NCBI GenBank assembly: GCA_963845185.1 | Contig: CAWJRG010000005.1 | Coordinates: 288,001-352,000, forward strand | Reading direction: 5' to 3' | Length of the DNA stretch: 64,000 nt | Source of the DNA: an uncultured bacterium | Lineage (GTDB): Bacteria > Oederibacteriota > PGYV01 > CAWJRG01 | In this document: piece after piece, positions 12,270-20,986 of the stretch | Numbering within the stretch: position 1 is the stretch's first letter | How the letters are laid out: the number at the start of each line of letters is the position of its first letter | The notes under the pieces: model-generated | The model's input: the letters and a program-made list of their open reading frames with translations, nothing else | What the model was told of the DNA's origin: nothing | Databases searched by the model: none | Made by a program: the position numbers and the translations under genes

Positions 12270-15200
12270 TCATTGCCCCGACTGAATTATTGCGGACAAT
12301 TTAACTATCTTCCTCGTTTTGTTTCCTATAGTATCCACGCCTTCAACCACGCATATATATGTCCCGCTTGATACTGTCTGCCCGCCCACGCTTTTCAAAT
12401 CCCAGTTTATACTGGCCGCACCCAGGTCTCCAACAAGCGTCCTTACAAGCTCCCCTGCGATGTTGTAAATCTTTATTTTTATCGCGCCGTTTGCACTTGG
12501 CTGCCATGTGAATATCAACGGCGTTGACGTGTCTCCAATGTACGGGTTCGGCAGGGACTTTATGGTCCCGAGCACGTCTGTGTTTCCTTCATTCAGTAAC
12601 GTTATTGACTTGCTCGCCTTTATGCTTATGCCCTGGTTTGTCTTTACCACAAGCTGTACCTCGTATACCCCGCTCTGCAGGTAATTTCCCTGCGCGTTCT
12701 TCCCGTCCCATGGCACATTCAATCCTGTTGTTGTATAGCCTATAACTATCGCCGGCGCTCCCTTGCCGATGCCGAATACATAATTATTGCTGCCTGTGCT
12801 GTTGCTGATGCTCAGCGATACCTGGCCGCTGCCGTTATACGGGGCTGTTATTGTCTGCACAAGCTCTCCCGCGCTGTTGAATATATTCACCTGCACGTAC
12901 TGGTCTTCGTTAATCGCGGTTATCTGCTTTGTTATTATATCTGAATGCCCGTACGGGTCTGTTGTCGTTTCTTTGATGTAATATGTCCCGTTTGTTACAT
13001 CCTGGCCAGCGCTGTTTGTCCCGTCCCATGTAAAGCTCGCGTACCCGTTTTTCTGCTGGTCAGGTGTCTCCAGGCCCGGCACCTTTATTGTCAGTGGTGT
13101 CCCTGAACCGGGCGCCACCACTGTTGCCTGGTTGCCGTTTAATAGCAGCTGCACCTGCTGCGCCTCCTGCGATGTCGTAGTGCTTACTATTGTTTTTACC
13201 AACTCTCCTGCCTCGTTATACACGCTTATGTTCATCACATACGGGAACGGCACTGGCGTTATCGTTATTGTCACCGTCTGCGTGTTTGTGGATGTGTATG
13301 TTATTGTCGCGCTTAGCGTGTTTGTCGCCGTGTTTGTTGTAGTCAATGTTCTTGTGTTTGTCCACGTCATTGTTGCTGTTATTGTGTCCGTGTATGTGTA
13401 TGTCTGCGTAAGTGTGCTGGTATATGTCGGTGTCGACGTTGACGTGTATGTAGGAGTATCCACCGGCGTATCTGTGTATGTCGATGTCAATGTGTATGTG
13501 TATGTCAGTGTAAGCGTGCTGCTTGAAGTAATGCTTACAGTAGGCGTGAACGTAGGCGTGTCTGTCGGCGTATTTGTGTATGTCGATGTATCTGTCGGCG
13601 TGCTGCTAGGTGTCGGGCTTACAGTCGGCGTATCCGTCGGCGTATCCACCGGAGAATTTGTATATGTCGGTGTTGCCGTATCTGTCGCTGTGGCTGTCGG
13701 CGTAGCTGTATATGTATATGTGGGTGTGCCCGTATCAGTTTCTGTACTTGTATAAGTGTATGTCGGCGTATCTGACGGGGTATCAGTTTGCGTATATGTC
13801 AGGGTCGTTGTTTTTGTCACAGTATATGTCGGCGTGAACGTCGCAGACAATATCACCACCGTAAATGTCATTGTTATAGTGCATGTCGGCGTATCTGTAT
13901 TTGTATATGAAGGCGTCGCCGTGCTTGTGTCCGTCACTGTCTGCGTATATGTGAATGTCGGCGAAGTTGTGTTTGTGTACGTGGGCGTTGCTGTCGGAGT
14001 ATCTGTCTGCGTGTCTGTCACAGTTATTGTCCTTGTTGCTGTGTATGTTGGCGTATATGTGGCGGACAGTATTACAACCGTGAATGTCATTGTTATAGTG
14101 TATGTCGGCGATACCGTATCCGTATATGTCCCTGTCGCCGTACTTGTGTCTGTCACTGTTTGCGTGTATGTAGGCGTCGGCGATGTCGTGTTTGTATATG
14201 TCGGCGTTGCTGTCGGCGTGTCTGTCTGCGTGTCTGTCACGGTTATTGTCCTCGTTGCCGTGTATGTCGGCGTAAATGTCGCGGACAGTATCACCACCGT
14301 GAATGTCATTGTTATCGTGTATGTAGGCGTTACTGTATTTGTATATGACGCCGTGTTCGTGCTTGTGTATGTCACCGTCTGAGTGTATGTGGGCGTCGGC
14401 GATGTGGTGTTTGTATATGTAGGCGTCGACGTCGGCGTATATGTCTGAGTATCTGTCACTGTTATTGTTTTCGTTACCGTATATGTTGGAGTAATTGTCG
14501 CGGACACTATCACAACCGTGAATGTCATTGTTATTGTGTATGTCGGCGTCACCGTATCCGTTGGTGTAGGCGTCGCTGTGCTTGTGTACGTCACTGTCCG
14601 GGTATATGTGGGCGTCGGTGATGCCGTGTTTGTATATGTCGGCGTGGGCGTGGGCGTGTCAGTCAGCGTAAATGTAGGCGTATATGTCCTGGTAAACGTT
14701 ACTGACACTGTGATTGTCATAGTTGGAGAAGGCGACGGCGTCACCGTCATTGTATCGGTAAAAGTATAAGTATATGTCACTGTTTGCGTGTATGTTGGCG
14801 TCGGCGATGCGGTGTTTGTGTATGTCGGCGTATTTGTCGGCGTATATGTTTTTGTATCCGTCACTGTCACCGTGTAAGTCGGGGTTGACGTTTGCGTTAT
14901 CGTAAACGTCGGAGTATATGTCGCGGACAGTATCACGACAGTGAATGTCATTGTTATCGTGTATGTCGGGGTTACTGTATTTGTCACTGTCGGTGTATAC
15001 GTCTTTGTGGCAGTGTACGTGAATGTATATGTCACTGTCTGCGTGTATGTTGGTGTAGGCGATTGCGTGTTTGTATATGTTGGTGTCGCCGTAGGTGTGT
15101 ACGTCCGGGTAAATGTCGGTGTCTGCGTATATGTATATGTAGGTGACAGCGTGTTTGTGAACGTCGACGTAGGTGTTGGCGTGGCGGTCTGCGTGTATGT

Positions 15201-17927
15201 AGGCGTATATGTCCTGGTATCTGTCACGGATACTGTATTTGTAACTGTTAAAGTAAAAGTCGGCGTCGGCGTCACTGTAATGGTATACGTATATGTATAT
15301 GTAACTGTCCGCGTGTACGTGGATGTCGGCGAAAGCGTGTTTGTGAATGTCGGCGTCGGCGTCGGTGTCTGCGTCTGCGTGAATGTAGGCGTATCTGTCC
15401 TGGTATCTGTCACTGACACTGTATTTGTCACTGTCAAAGTAAACGTGGGCGTCGGCGTCACTGTAATGGTATCTGTATATGTATATGTAACTGTCTGGGT
15501 GTATGTGTATGTCTGTGTATTTGTCCTTGTAAATGTCGGAGTGGGTGACGGTGTATTCGTGTTTGTCGGCGTAAATGTATTCGTGTATGTCGGTGTCTGC
15601 GAAGGCGTATCTGTCCTTGTAAATGTCGGAGTATAAGTAACTGTGTATGTAAAGGTATATGTGTAAGTGTATGTTGCTGTGTTCGTATAAGTGTCTGTCG
15701 GCGTCGGAGTCTTTGTATATGTGGGCGATGGCGTGTCTGTATAAGTAAACGTGCTTGTCGGCGTATCTGTCCTGGTAAACGTATATGTAGGTGTGAATGT
15801 AGGCGTGTATGTAAATGTTGGCGTATTTGGATTAACAGTCGGTGTCGGTGTCCTTGTCGGCGTTGCCGTGAATGTAGGCGACATGCATATAATGTTAAAT
15901 ACAACCGGGTTTGAAAATTCCGATACTATATTTGTCGCTCCTATGCCTCCCACATTTGTAAAGCTCTGGGCGCATGCATTCGTTGATGCCCACCAAGTGT
16001 ATGACCCGCTCTGGTCGCTTATATTACCGAGGCTCCAGCTTACAATGCCTCCTGAATCTGTCCCGCTCGGGTTTGACCCCTGATATGTCAGCCCTGTAGG
16101 CACTGTATCGTACAAAGTCGCGTTTGCCGCCACTCTCGGTATTAATACTGCAAAGTTATTATATGAATCCTGCGTTGTGCCGTAGTCGCCTGACTGCTGC
16201 CCGACACCCGGCCTCCAGTCAGTATATGTACCTGTGCCTGAGCAGTTCCAGGCAGCGTTGGACGCTGCTCCGGTATCTGTCCATGTAACCTGGTAACCTG
16301 TCGGTTCAGGCTGGCCCACCTGCCATACTTTTGCCTGGAATATATAATCACTACCGTTTGTCGTCATCCATGTCTTTGTCCTATACCATGTATCCCCGGT
16401 TATTGTCACAGAACTTGAAGCGCCGTTCCACGTGCAGCTTGAGCCTGCACATTTCTGTATAGCCATGAATCCGCCTGCGGGAGCCGTATCTATTGATAAA
16501 AGCAGACTGTAAGCTTCGGCATTGCCTCCTGATTGCCCATTGCTTCTCAGGATTACCAGTCCGTCTGCGCCCGGGTATGTTCCTGGGTTTATATAAATAT
16601 CAGACTCAATTATTCCTGTGCAAACCTGCACGTTCGAAGGAGTCGGGTCGTCAAGCAAAAGCGCGGGATATGAAGCTGTCTGTCCTGCTCCTGTCAATAT
16701 CCTGTCACCTGTATTGCACGGGTCTCCTATTGTCCATGTTCCATTGTCGCCGCTTGTAAATGGCAATAATTTCCACCCGGAAGGCGGCCCGCTGTTGCCG
16801 TATGTCCCTGTCGCTGTGTCGTCAAACGCCCTGTAGTCTTGGAGCTTGTCCCCGTTCACCTGGTAATTGAGATAATATGATATCGTCACTGTGGCGTTTG
16901 TCGCTTTCATAAATGTGGTTACGCTTTCCAGTTTTTCCACTGATATTGCTGCCTGGCCAACTATCAGCGTTGCTGACGCGCTTGCATTGGTTGAACCGCT
17001 TGTTGCGTTTGCAGTATTCGGCACTGACGTTCCTGACGCCATTGCAGTTGTCATCCTCATCAATATCCATACTGTTCCTTGTTTTGTATAGGTTGAAGCA
17101 GGGAATGTCCATGTTACCGTGCCTGACGTGGATCCTGCCGCAGGCGCGCTCACGCTCCCGCTGTTTATTGAGCTCGGACCTACAGACACCAAAGCAAGGC
17201 TTCCTCCGCCCGGCAAAGCGTCTGTTATTGTCAGCGATCCGTTACCGTATGTGTAATCTATTGAAAATAATACAAGGTCGCCGACTGACTGCAGAACTCC
17301 CTCTACTCTTTTATCCAAAGTAACTGAATTAGCAGGCGGCGTAGGTAATGACCAGCTTAATACTGCCCCTGAGCCGCTTGTACTGCATGCTCCATTTGAT
17401 AAAGCAGTCCAAAGACTCCCCCCAAAATATGAAGTTTGTGCTCCTATCAGTAAATTAAGTGTTGTCGAGCCGCATGCTGTGCCCATCTGCTGTGCGCTCG
17501 GCATTGTCAGGTTATACGACTCTGTAACCAACATGCCTGAACCGCTACCGCAATCAGTACAATTGGCAACAAATGGTGATGGTTGAGGCATATGATAGCC
17601 AAAATCAGTGCCGCTGCTTCCGTTATTCGGATTTGTGTCCGGAATGTTAATGCCATCACTGCTTATTAAAAATATCTGTCCTCCCGTCTGTGCCGGCTGG
17701 AATGTGCTGCTCGTGCTCACTGCTACAAGCAACTCATTGGGAGTAGAATACTGATCCACGCACATTTGCAAAGTCAGAATAAATTGCTGTCCCCAGCCCG
17801 GGCTTGCCGGTGCTATATTCTCAGAAATTATCTGCGGAGAGCCAGCGTAAAGTAAGCTGCCGGATAATATTAATATTATTATGCCAATAAAAATATTTAT
17901 CTTTTTTAAACTGTTTCGCATTCTCAT
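12270..17927 (-). CDS. Giant Thr-X-repeat secreted surface protein, paralog 3 (type B, 1885 aa)
   Basis: Signal peptide, DUF11-like and lectin-like head, Thr-X stalk of about 870 aa, C-terminal [17 protein letters not shown] and [29 protein letters not shown] modules. Confidence 0.92.
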   Translation of the reverse strand: MRMRNSLKKINIFIGIIILILSGSLLYAGSPQIISENIAPASPGWGQQFILTLQMCVDQYSTPNELLVAVSTSSTFQPAQTGGQIFLISSDGINIPDTNPNNGSSGTDFGYHMPQPSPFVANCTDCGSGSGMLVTESYNLTMPSAQQMGTACGSTTLNLLIGAQTSYFGGSLWTALSNGACSTSGSGAVLSWSLPTPPANSVTLDKRVEGVLQSVGDLVLFSIDYTYGNGSLTITDALPGGGSLALVSVGPSSINSGSVSAPAAGSTSGTVTWTFPASTYTKQGTVWILMRMTTAMASGTSVPNTANATSGSTNASASATLIVGQAAISVEKLESVTTFMKATNATVTISYYLNYQVNGDKLQDYRAFDDTATGTYGNSGPPSGWKLLPFTSGDNGTWTIGDPCNTGDRILTGAGQTASYPALLLDDPTPSNVQVCTGIIESDIYINPGTYPGADGLVILRSNGQSGGNAEAYSLLLSIDTAPAGGFMAIQKCAGSSCTWNGASSSVTITGDTWYRTKTWMTTNGSDYIFQAKVWQVGQPEPTGYQVTWTDTGAASNAAWNCSGTGTYTDWRPGVGQQSGDYGTTQDSYNNFAVLIPRVAANATLYDTVPTGLTYQGSNPSGTDSGGIVSWSLGNISDQSGSYTWWASTNACAQSFTNVGGIGATNIVSEFSNPVVFNIICMSPTFTATPTRTPTPTVNPNTPTFTYTPTFTPTYTFTRTDTPTSTFTYTDTPSPTYTKTPTPTDTYTNTATYTYTYTFTYTVTYTPTFTRTDTPSQTPTYTNTFTPTNTNTPSPTPTFTRTNTQTYTYTQTVTYTYTDTITVTPTPTFTLTVTNTVSVTDTRTDTPTFTQTQTPTPTPTFTNTLSPTSTYTRTVTYTYTYTITVTPTPTFTLTVTNTVSVTDTRTYTPTYTQTATPTPTSTFTNTLSPTYTYTQTPTFTRTYTPTATPTYTNTQSPTPTYTQTVTYTFTYTATKTYTPTVTNTVTPTYTITMTFTVVILSATYTPTFTITQTSTPTYTVTVTDTKTYTPTNTPTYTNTASPTPTYTQTVTYTYTFTDTMTVTPSPSPTMTITVSVTFTRTYTPTFTLTDTPTPTPTYTNTASPTPTYTRTVTYTSTATPTPTDTVTPTYTITMTFTVVIVSATITPTYTVTKTITVTDTQTYTPTSTPTYTNTTSPTPTYTQTVTYTSTNTASYTNTVTPTYTITMTFTVVILSATFTPTYTATRTITVTDTQTDTPTATPTYTNTTSPTPTYTQTVTDTSTATGTYTDTVSPTYTITMTFTVVILSATYTPTYTATRTITVTDTQTDTPTATPTYTNTTSPTFTYTQTVTDTSTATPSYTNTDTPTCTITMTFTVVILSATFTPTYTVTKTTTLTYTQTDTPSDTPTYTYTSTETDTGTPTYTYTATPTATATDTATPTYTNSPVDTPTDTPTVSPTPSSTPTDTSTYTNTPTDTPTFTPTVSITSSSTLTLTYTYTLTSTYTDTPVDTPTYTSTSTPTYTSTLTQTYTYTDTITATMTWTNTRTLTTTNTATNTLSATITYTSTNTQTVTITITPVPFPYVMNISVYNEAGELVKTIVSTTTSQEAQQVQLLLNGNQATVVAPGSGTPLTIKVPGLETPDQQKNGYASFTWDGTNSAGQDVTNGTYYIKETTTDPYGHSDIITKQITAINEDQYVQVNIFNSAGELVQTITAPYNGSGQVSLSISNSTGSNNYVFGIGKGAPAIVIGYTTTGLNVPWDGKNAQGNYLQSGVYEVQLVVKTNQGISIKASKSITLLNEGNTDVLGTIKSLPNPYIGDTSTPLIFTWQPSANGAIKIKIYNIAGELVRTLVGDLGAASINWDLKSVGGQTVSSGTYICVVEGVDTIGNKTRKIVKLSAIIQSGQ
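13860..14540. repeat. 219-bp (73-aa) coding tandem repeat
   Basis: cgt(a/g)aatgtcattgttat occurs at 13860, 14079, 14298 and 14517. Confidence 0.8.
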
Positions 17928-17969
17928 TACTGTATTGACCGCCTTATTTTGCTAAATTTTTACTATATT

Positions 17970-17997
17970 TTAGACAACAGAAAACAGCTTAAGTTTC
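17970..17997 (-). promoter_or_regulatory. ECF-sigma-type promoter GAAAC-N17-GTCTAA
   Basis: ttagac 17970-17975, 17 nt, gtttc 17993-17997. Confidence 0.75.
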
Positions 17998-18180
17998 GGT
18001 TAAAATTAAGGTTTTATTGACTCGCTTTCTATAATATTAAGGGATTTTGCCAAGGCCGCCTTTTTCTGTTTTACAATGCAATATTATATATCACAAATTG
18101 CTACGTGTAAATACATAAAATTTCTTTTTAAATTGCTTTATTTAGCTTTTTATCGAATGTACACTGGTATTTATGCAAAT

Positions 18181-18207
18181 AAAAAAGGCGGCTTTCACCG
18201 CCTTTTT
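18181..18207 (-). terminator. Intrinsic terminator after the DUF2723 genes
   Basis: AAAAAAGGCGG-ctttca-CCGCCTTTTT. Confidence 0.7.
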
Positions 18208-18313
18208 GCCCTATAATCTGCCAATATTGCAGATTATTTACCTTATAACCGCAATTTTTTTCCTTACAACCTTTCCTTCTGCCTGAATTTTAAGAAGATA
18301 TAGGCTGTTTACC

Positions 18314-20650
18314 CTATTTCTTTGCTTTTTCCGCCTGCTGAATTTGGTTGTACAAATTCACCAGTTGCGGGTCATTGCCAACTGTCTGTATTGCTTCTTT
18401 AAGTATATTTAATGCTTTGCCGGGTTGCCCCAATTTATAATATGTTTGAGCTATATCAGCGTAAATTCCGGCGCTTTTATCCCAATCCTCTGCTTTCTGA
18501 AAATATTTTAGTGCCTCCTCAAAATTGCTGTTTTTAAAATTATATACCCCTATATTTCTATATATTTCATTTGCCTTATATCCATATTCGAGTAAAAAGT
18601 CAAAATAATCCAACGCTTTTAAATACTTGCCGGCCGCCAACAAAGCAACAGCTTGATTAAACAGCGCTTCTAACTGCGTAGGCATATCAATATTTCCCAA
18701 CTGATATATATATTGTTGTAAAGCTGTTTTATTTTCACTGCCATATTTCATTGCTTCTTCAAACATATCCTTTGCCATTGGCCATAGCTTTTCGTTATAA
18801 TAAATTCTGCCTAATAATTCGTAAGCCTGATAATAATTTTCTTTTGTCTTAATAGTTTTCTTTAAATATTTTATCTGGTTATCTTTATCATTAAGTTCTT
18901 TGTAAACAAATGATAAGTCATAATAAATATGTGCAGTTTCTGAATCCTCAGGAAATAACAAAGCATAATTAAAATATTTTATTGCTAATGTATAATTTTT
19001 TTCTTCAAAAAACTCATAAGCTTTTTCAGCAAATTTTTCTTTATATAAAGAAACCAGCTTTTTATCATAATCAGTATTTGTATCATAAATACCACGACAT
19101 GAATAAATTTTATAAATTTCATCAGTTGTATTTTCATTTCTTGAATTTATTTTATAAAGTAACCCGTAAGTTTCATGGCTAAAATTACTTTTAAGAAATT
19201 CTTCAAAATTGCTCAAATAAAAATCATTATTTCCGGAAAATTTTCTGATTATATTGATTAAATTATTAGCAGAGCTTTGTGCGTCCATATTCAAATCTCC
19301 ATACTTCCGGTTAAAATCCTTTATTCCCCACATATATTGAAGTGAATAAATGCTTGCGTATTTAATATCCCGTGCCCTGTGTTCCACCCAGCGCAAATAT
19401 GTAATCGGCATTATAAAATAATCACCGTACGCCATATAAAAACTGCCCGGTTTTATCGTATCAAGGATATTATCCCCAAAATCATACGCAATAAAATTAT
19501 ACCGGTTATTATTTGTCTTAAACTGTAAAAATCCGGTATATAATAAAATGATAATTAAAAAAACAAAAAGGATGCCTTTGTAAACTTTCTTAATAAATAT
19601 TCCCGATATTAAATATATTCCGTTTATTGAAAAAATTGCCAATATATATAAGGAAGGCATTAGAAACGTTCCTGTCGCCCATTCGAATTTCTCTCCCAAG
19701 CGCAGAGAAAAAATTACTATAAATAGATTTACCAAAAATATGCTTAAATAAAGAAATGAAATTTCTTTTTTCACCTTTCTTAATGCATAAAATCCAATAA
19801 CGCCAAATATTCCAAATAAGTTAAAATTCGTAAAAAATAAACCAATTATTTCTTTTATGTGATATCCCTTGACAAATACTGACGGAAAACCACCATGCGA
19901 ATAACCGGATAAAAAAATTGTCCAGAATAAGTCCTTTAAATTATCGGGCCTGTCCATAAAAACAAAAATATTTTCATTTTCAGCCCTTATTGGCAAATAA
20001 ATATATGTGCTTAGGCCCAATAATAACAATAGCAGGCACTCGGCAAAATTTTTCCCTGTTAGTTTTCTCCTGTATTTATAGAATATAAATGCGAGAAAAG
20101 GCAAAAAAATCGCCATGCTTGGCCAGTGGTTTGTAAGCGAAAGCCCGAAAACATATATTATTAAATATAAATTTTTAATATCGAATGCATTTGACAAGCG
20201 CAAACTTAAAAATATTAAAACAGATAAAAATAAAAGATTTAAAATATATATCCCGCCTTTTGCTTCTATTGCCTGATTCCAGTAAATATATGAAAATGCG
20301 AGTATAAAGATACTTAAAAAATTTATATTTTTATTCTCATAGTGAAAAATTTGAAACGTAATTTGTTTGCTAAGATAATAAAACAATAATAGTACTAAAA
20401 TGGCAAGAAATATTGCAAATAAGTTTATTCTGAAAGCAGGCGAGCCAACCGGCAATAAACTAAATATTTTAGCCGCCATTGTAAAAAATGGGTATCCCGG
20501 CGGGTGGCTTATGCCGAGGGTGTATGCAGATGTTATTGTTTCAGGCGAGTCGTCATTCTTAAATGCCGGGAATGTGGTATAAATATATATTTGAAATATT
20601 GCAATTAGAGATAATAACAATACTATAATATCTTTATATTTTTTGGGCAT
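18314..20650 (-). CDS. DUF2723 (TMEM260-like) GT-C glycosyltransferase with C-terminal TPRs
   Basis: DDSPE...LGISHPPGYP motif after the first TM helix, GLSLTNHW, many TM helices, TPR-like helical repeats. Confidence 0.85.
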   Translation of the reverse strand: MPKKYKDIIVLLLSLIAIFQIYIYTTFPAFKNDDSPETITSAYTLGISHPPGYPFFTMAAKIFSLLPVGSPAFRINLFAIFLAILVLLLFYYLSKQITFQIFHYENKNINFLSIFILAFSYIYWNQAIEAKGGIYILNLLFLSVLIFLSLRLSNAFDIKNLYLIIYVFGLSLTNHWPSMAIFLPFLAFIFYKYRRKLTGKNFAECLLLLLLGLSTYIYLPIRAENENIFVFMDRPDNLKDLFWTIFLSGYSHGGFPSVFVKGYHIKEIIGLFFTNFNLFGIFGVIGFYALRKVKKEISFLYLSIFLVNLFIVIFSLRLGEKFEWATGTFLMPSLYILAIFSINGIYLISGIFIKKVYKGILFVFLIIILLYTGFLQFKTNNNRYNFIAYDFGDNILDTIKPGSFYMAYGDYFIMPITYLRWVEHRARDIKYASIYSLQYMWGIKDFNRKYGDLNMDAQSSANNLINIIRKFSGNNDFYLSNFEEFLKSNFSHETYGLLYKINSRNENTTDEIYKIYSCRGIYDTNTDYDKKLVSLYKEKFAEKAYEFFEEKNYTLAIKYFNYALLFPEDSETAHIYYDLSFVYKELNDKDNQIKYLKKTIKTKENYYQAYELLGRIYYNEKLWPMAKDMFEEAMKYGSENKTALQQYIYQLGNIDMPTQLEALFNQAVALLAAGKYLKALDYFDFLLEYGYKANEIYRNIGVYNFKNSNFEEALKYFQKAEDWDKSAGIYADIAQTYYKLGQPGKALNILKEAIQTVGNDPQLVNLYNQIQQAEKAKK

Positions 20651-20986
20651 TAAATTATCCTTTCAATTATTATTGTACTTTTCGCATTAATTTAACATAA
20701 AAAAATATTTTTTTCAGAAGTATTTTTTATGGGCATAAATATATCGGGTGGAATTTTTAGTATTTATTTTTTATAGTAAATCATGCCCGACGATTCATAA
20801 TTTTTTCCAAAAATCCGGGTCTGTTTCCTTGATTTTTTTCAAGGCAAAAAAGCTTGTTTTGCTGGTCGCCATTGCTCTCTAATAAGCAAGCGCCAACTGG
20901 CAATAAACGCCTTTCGATTGGTTTGTAATCATACGGAAACCGTTCCTTATTTCTAAAAACGCTTATAAAGGTATAAGCCGTTTACC

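Noticed and set aside
20860..20986. CAAACCAATCGAAAG on the minus strand, resembling part of a c-di-GMP-I riboswitch
   Set aside because: The partner strand of that stem and the downstream GCAAAG/P3 elements are missing.
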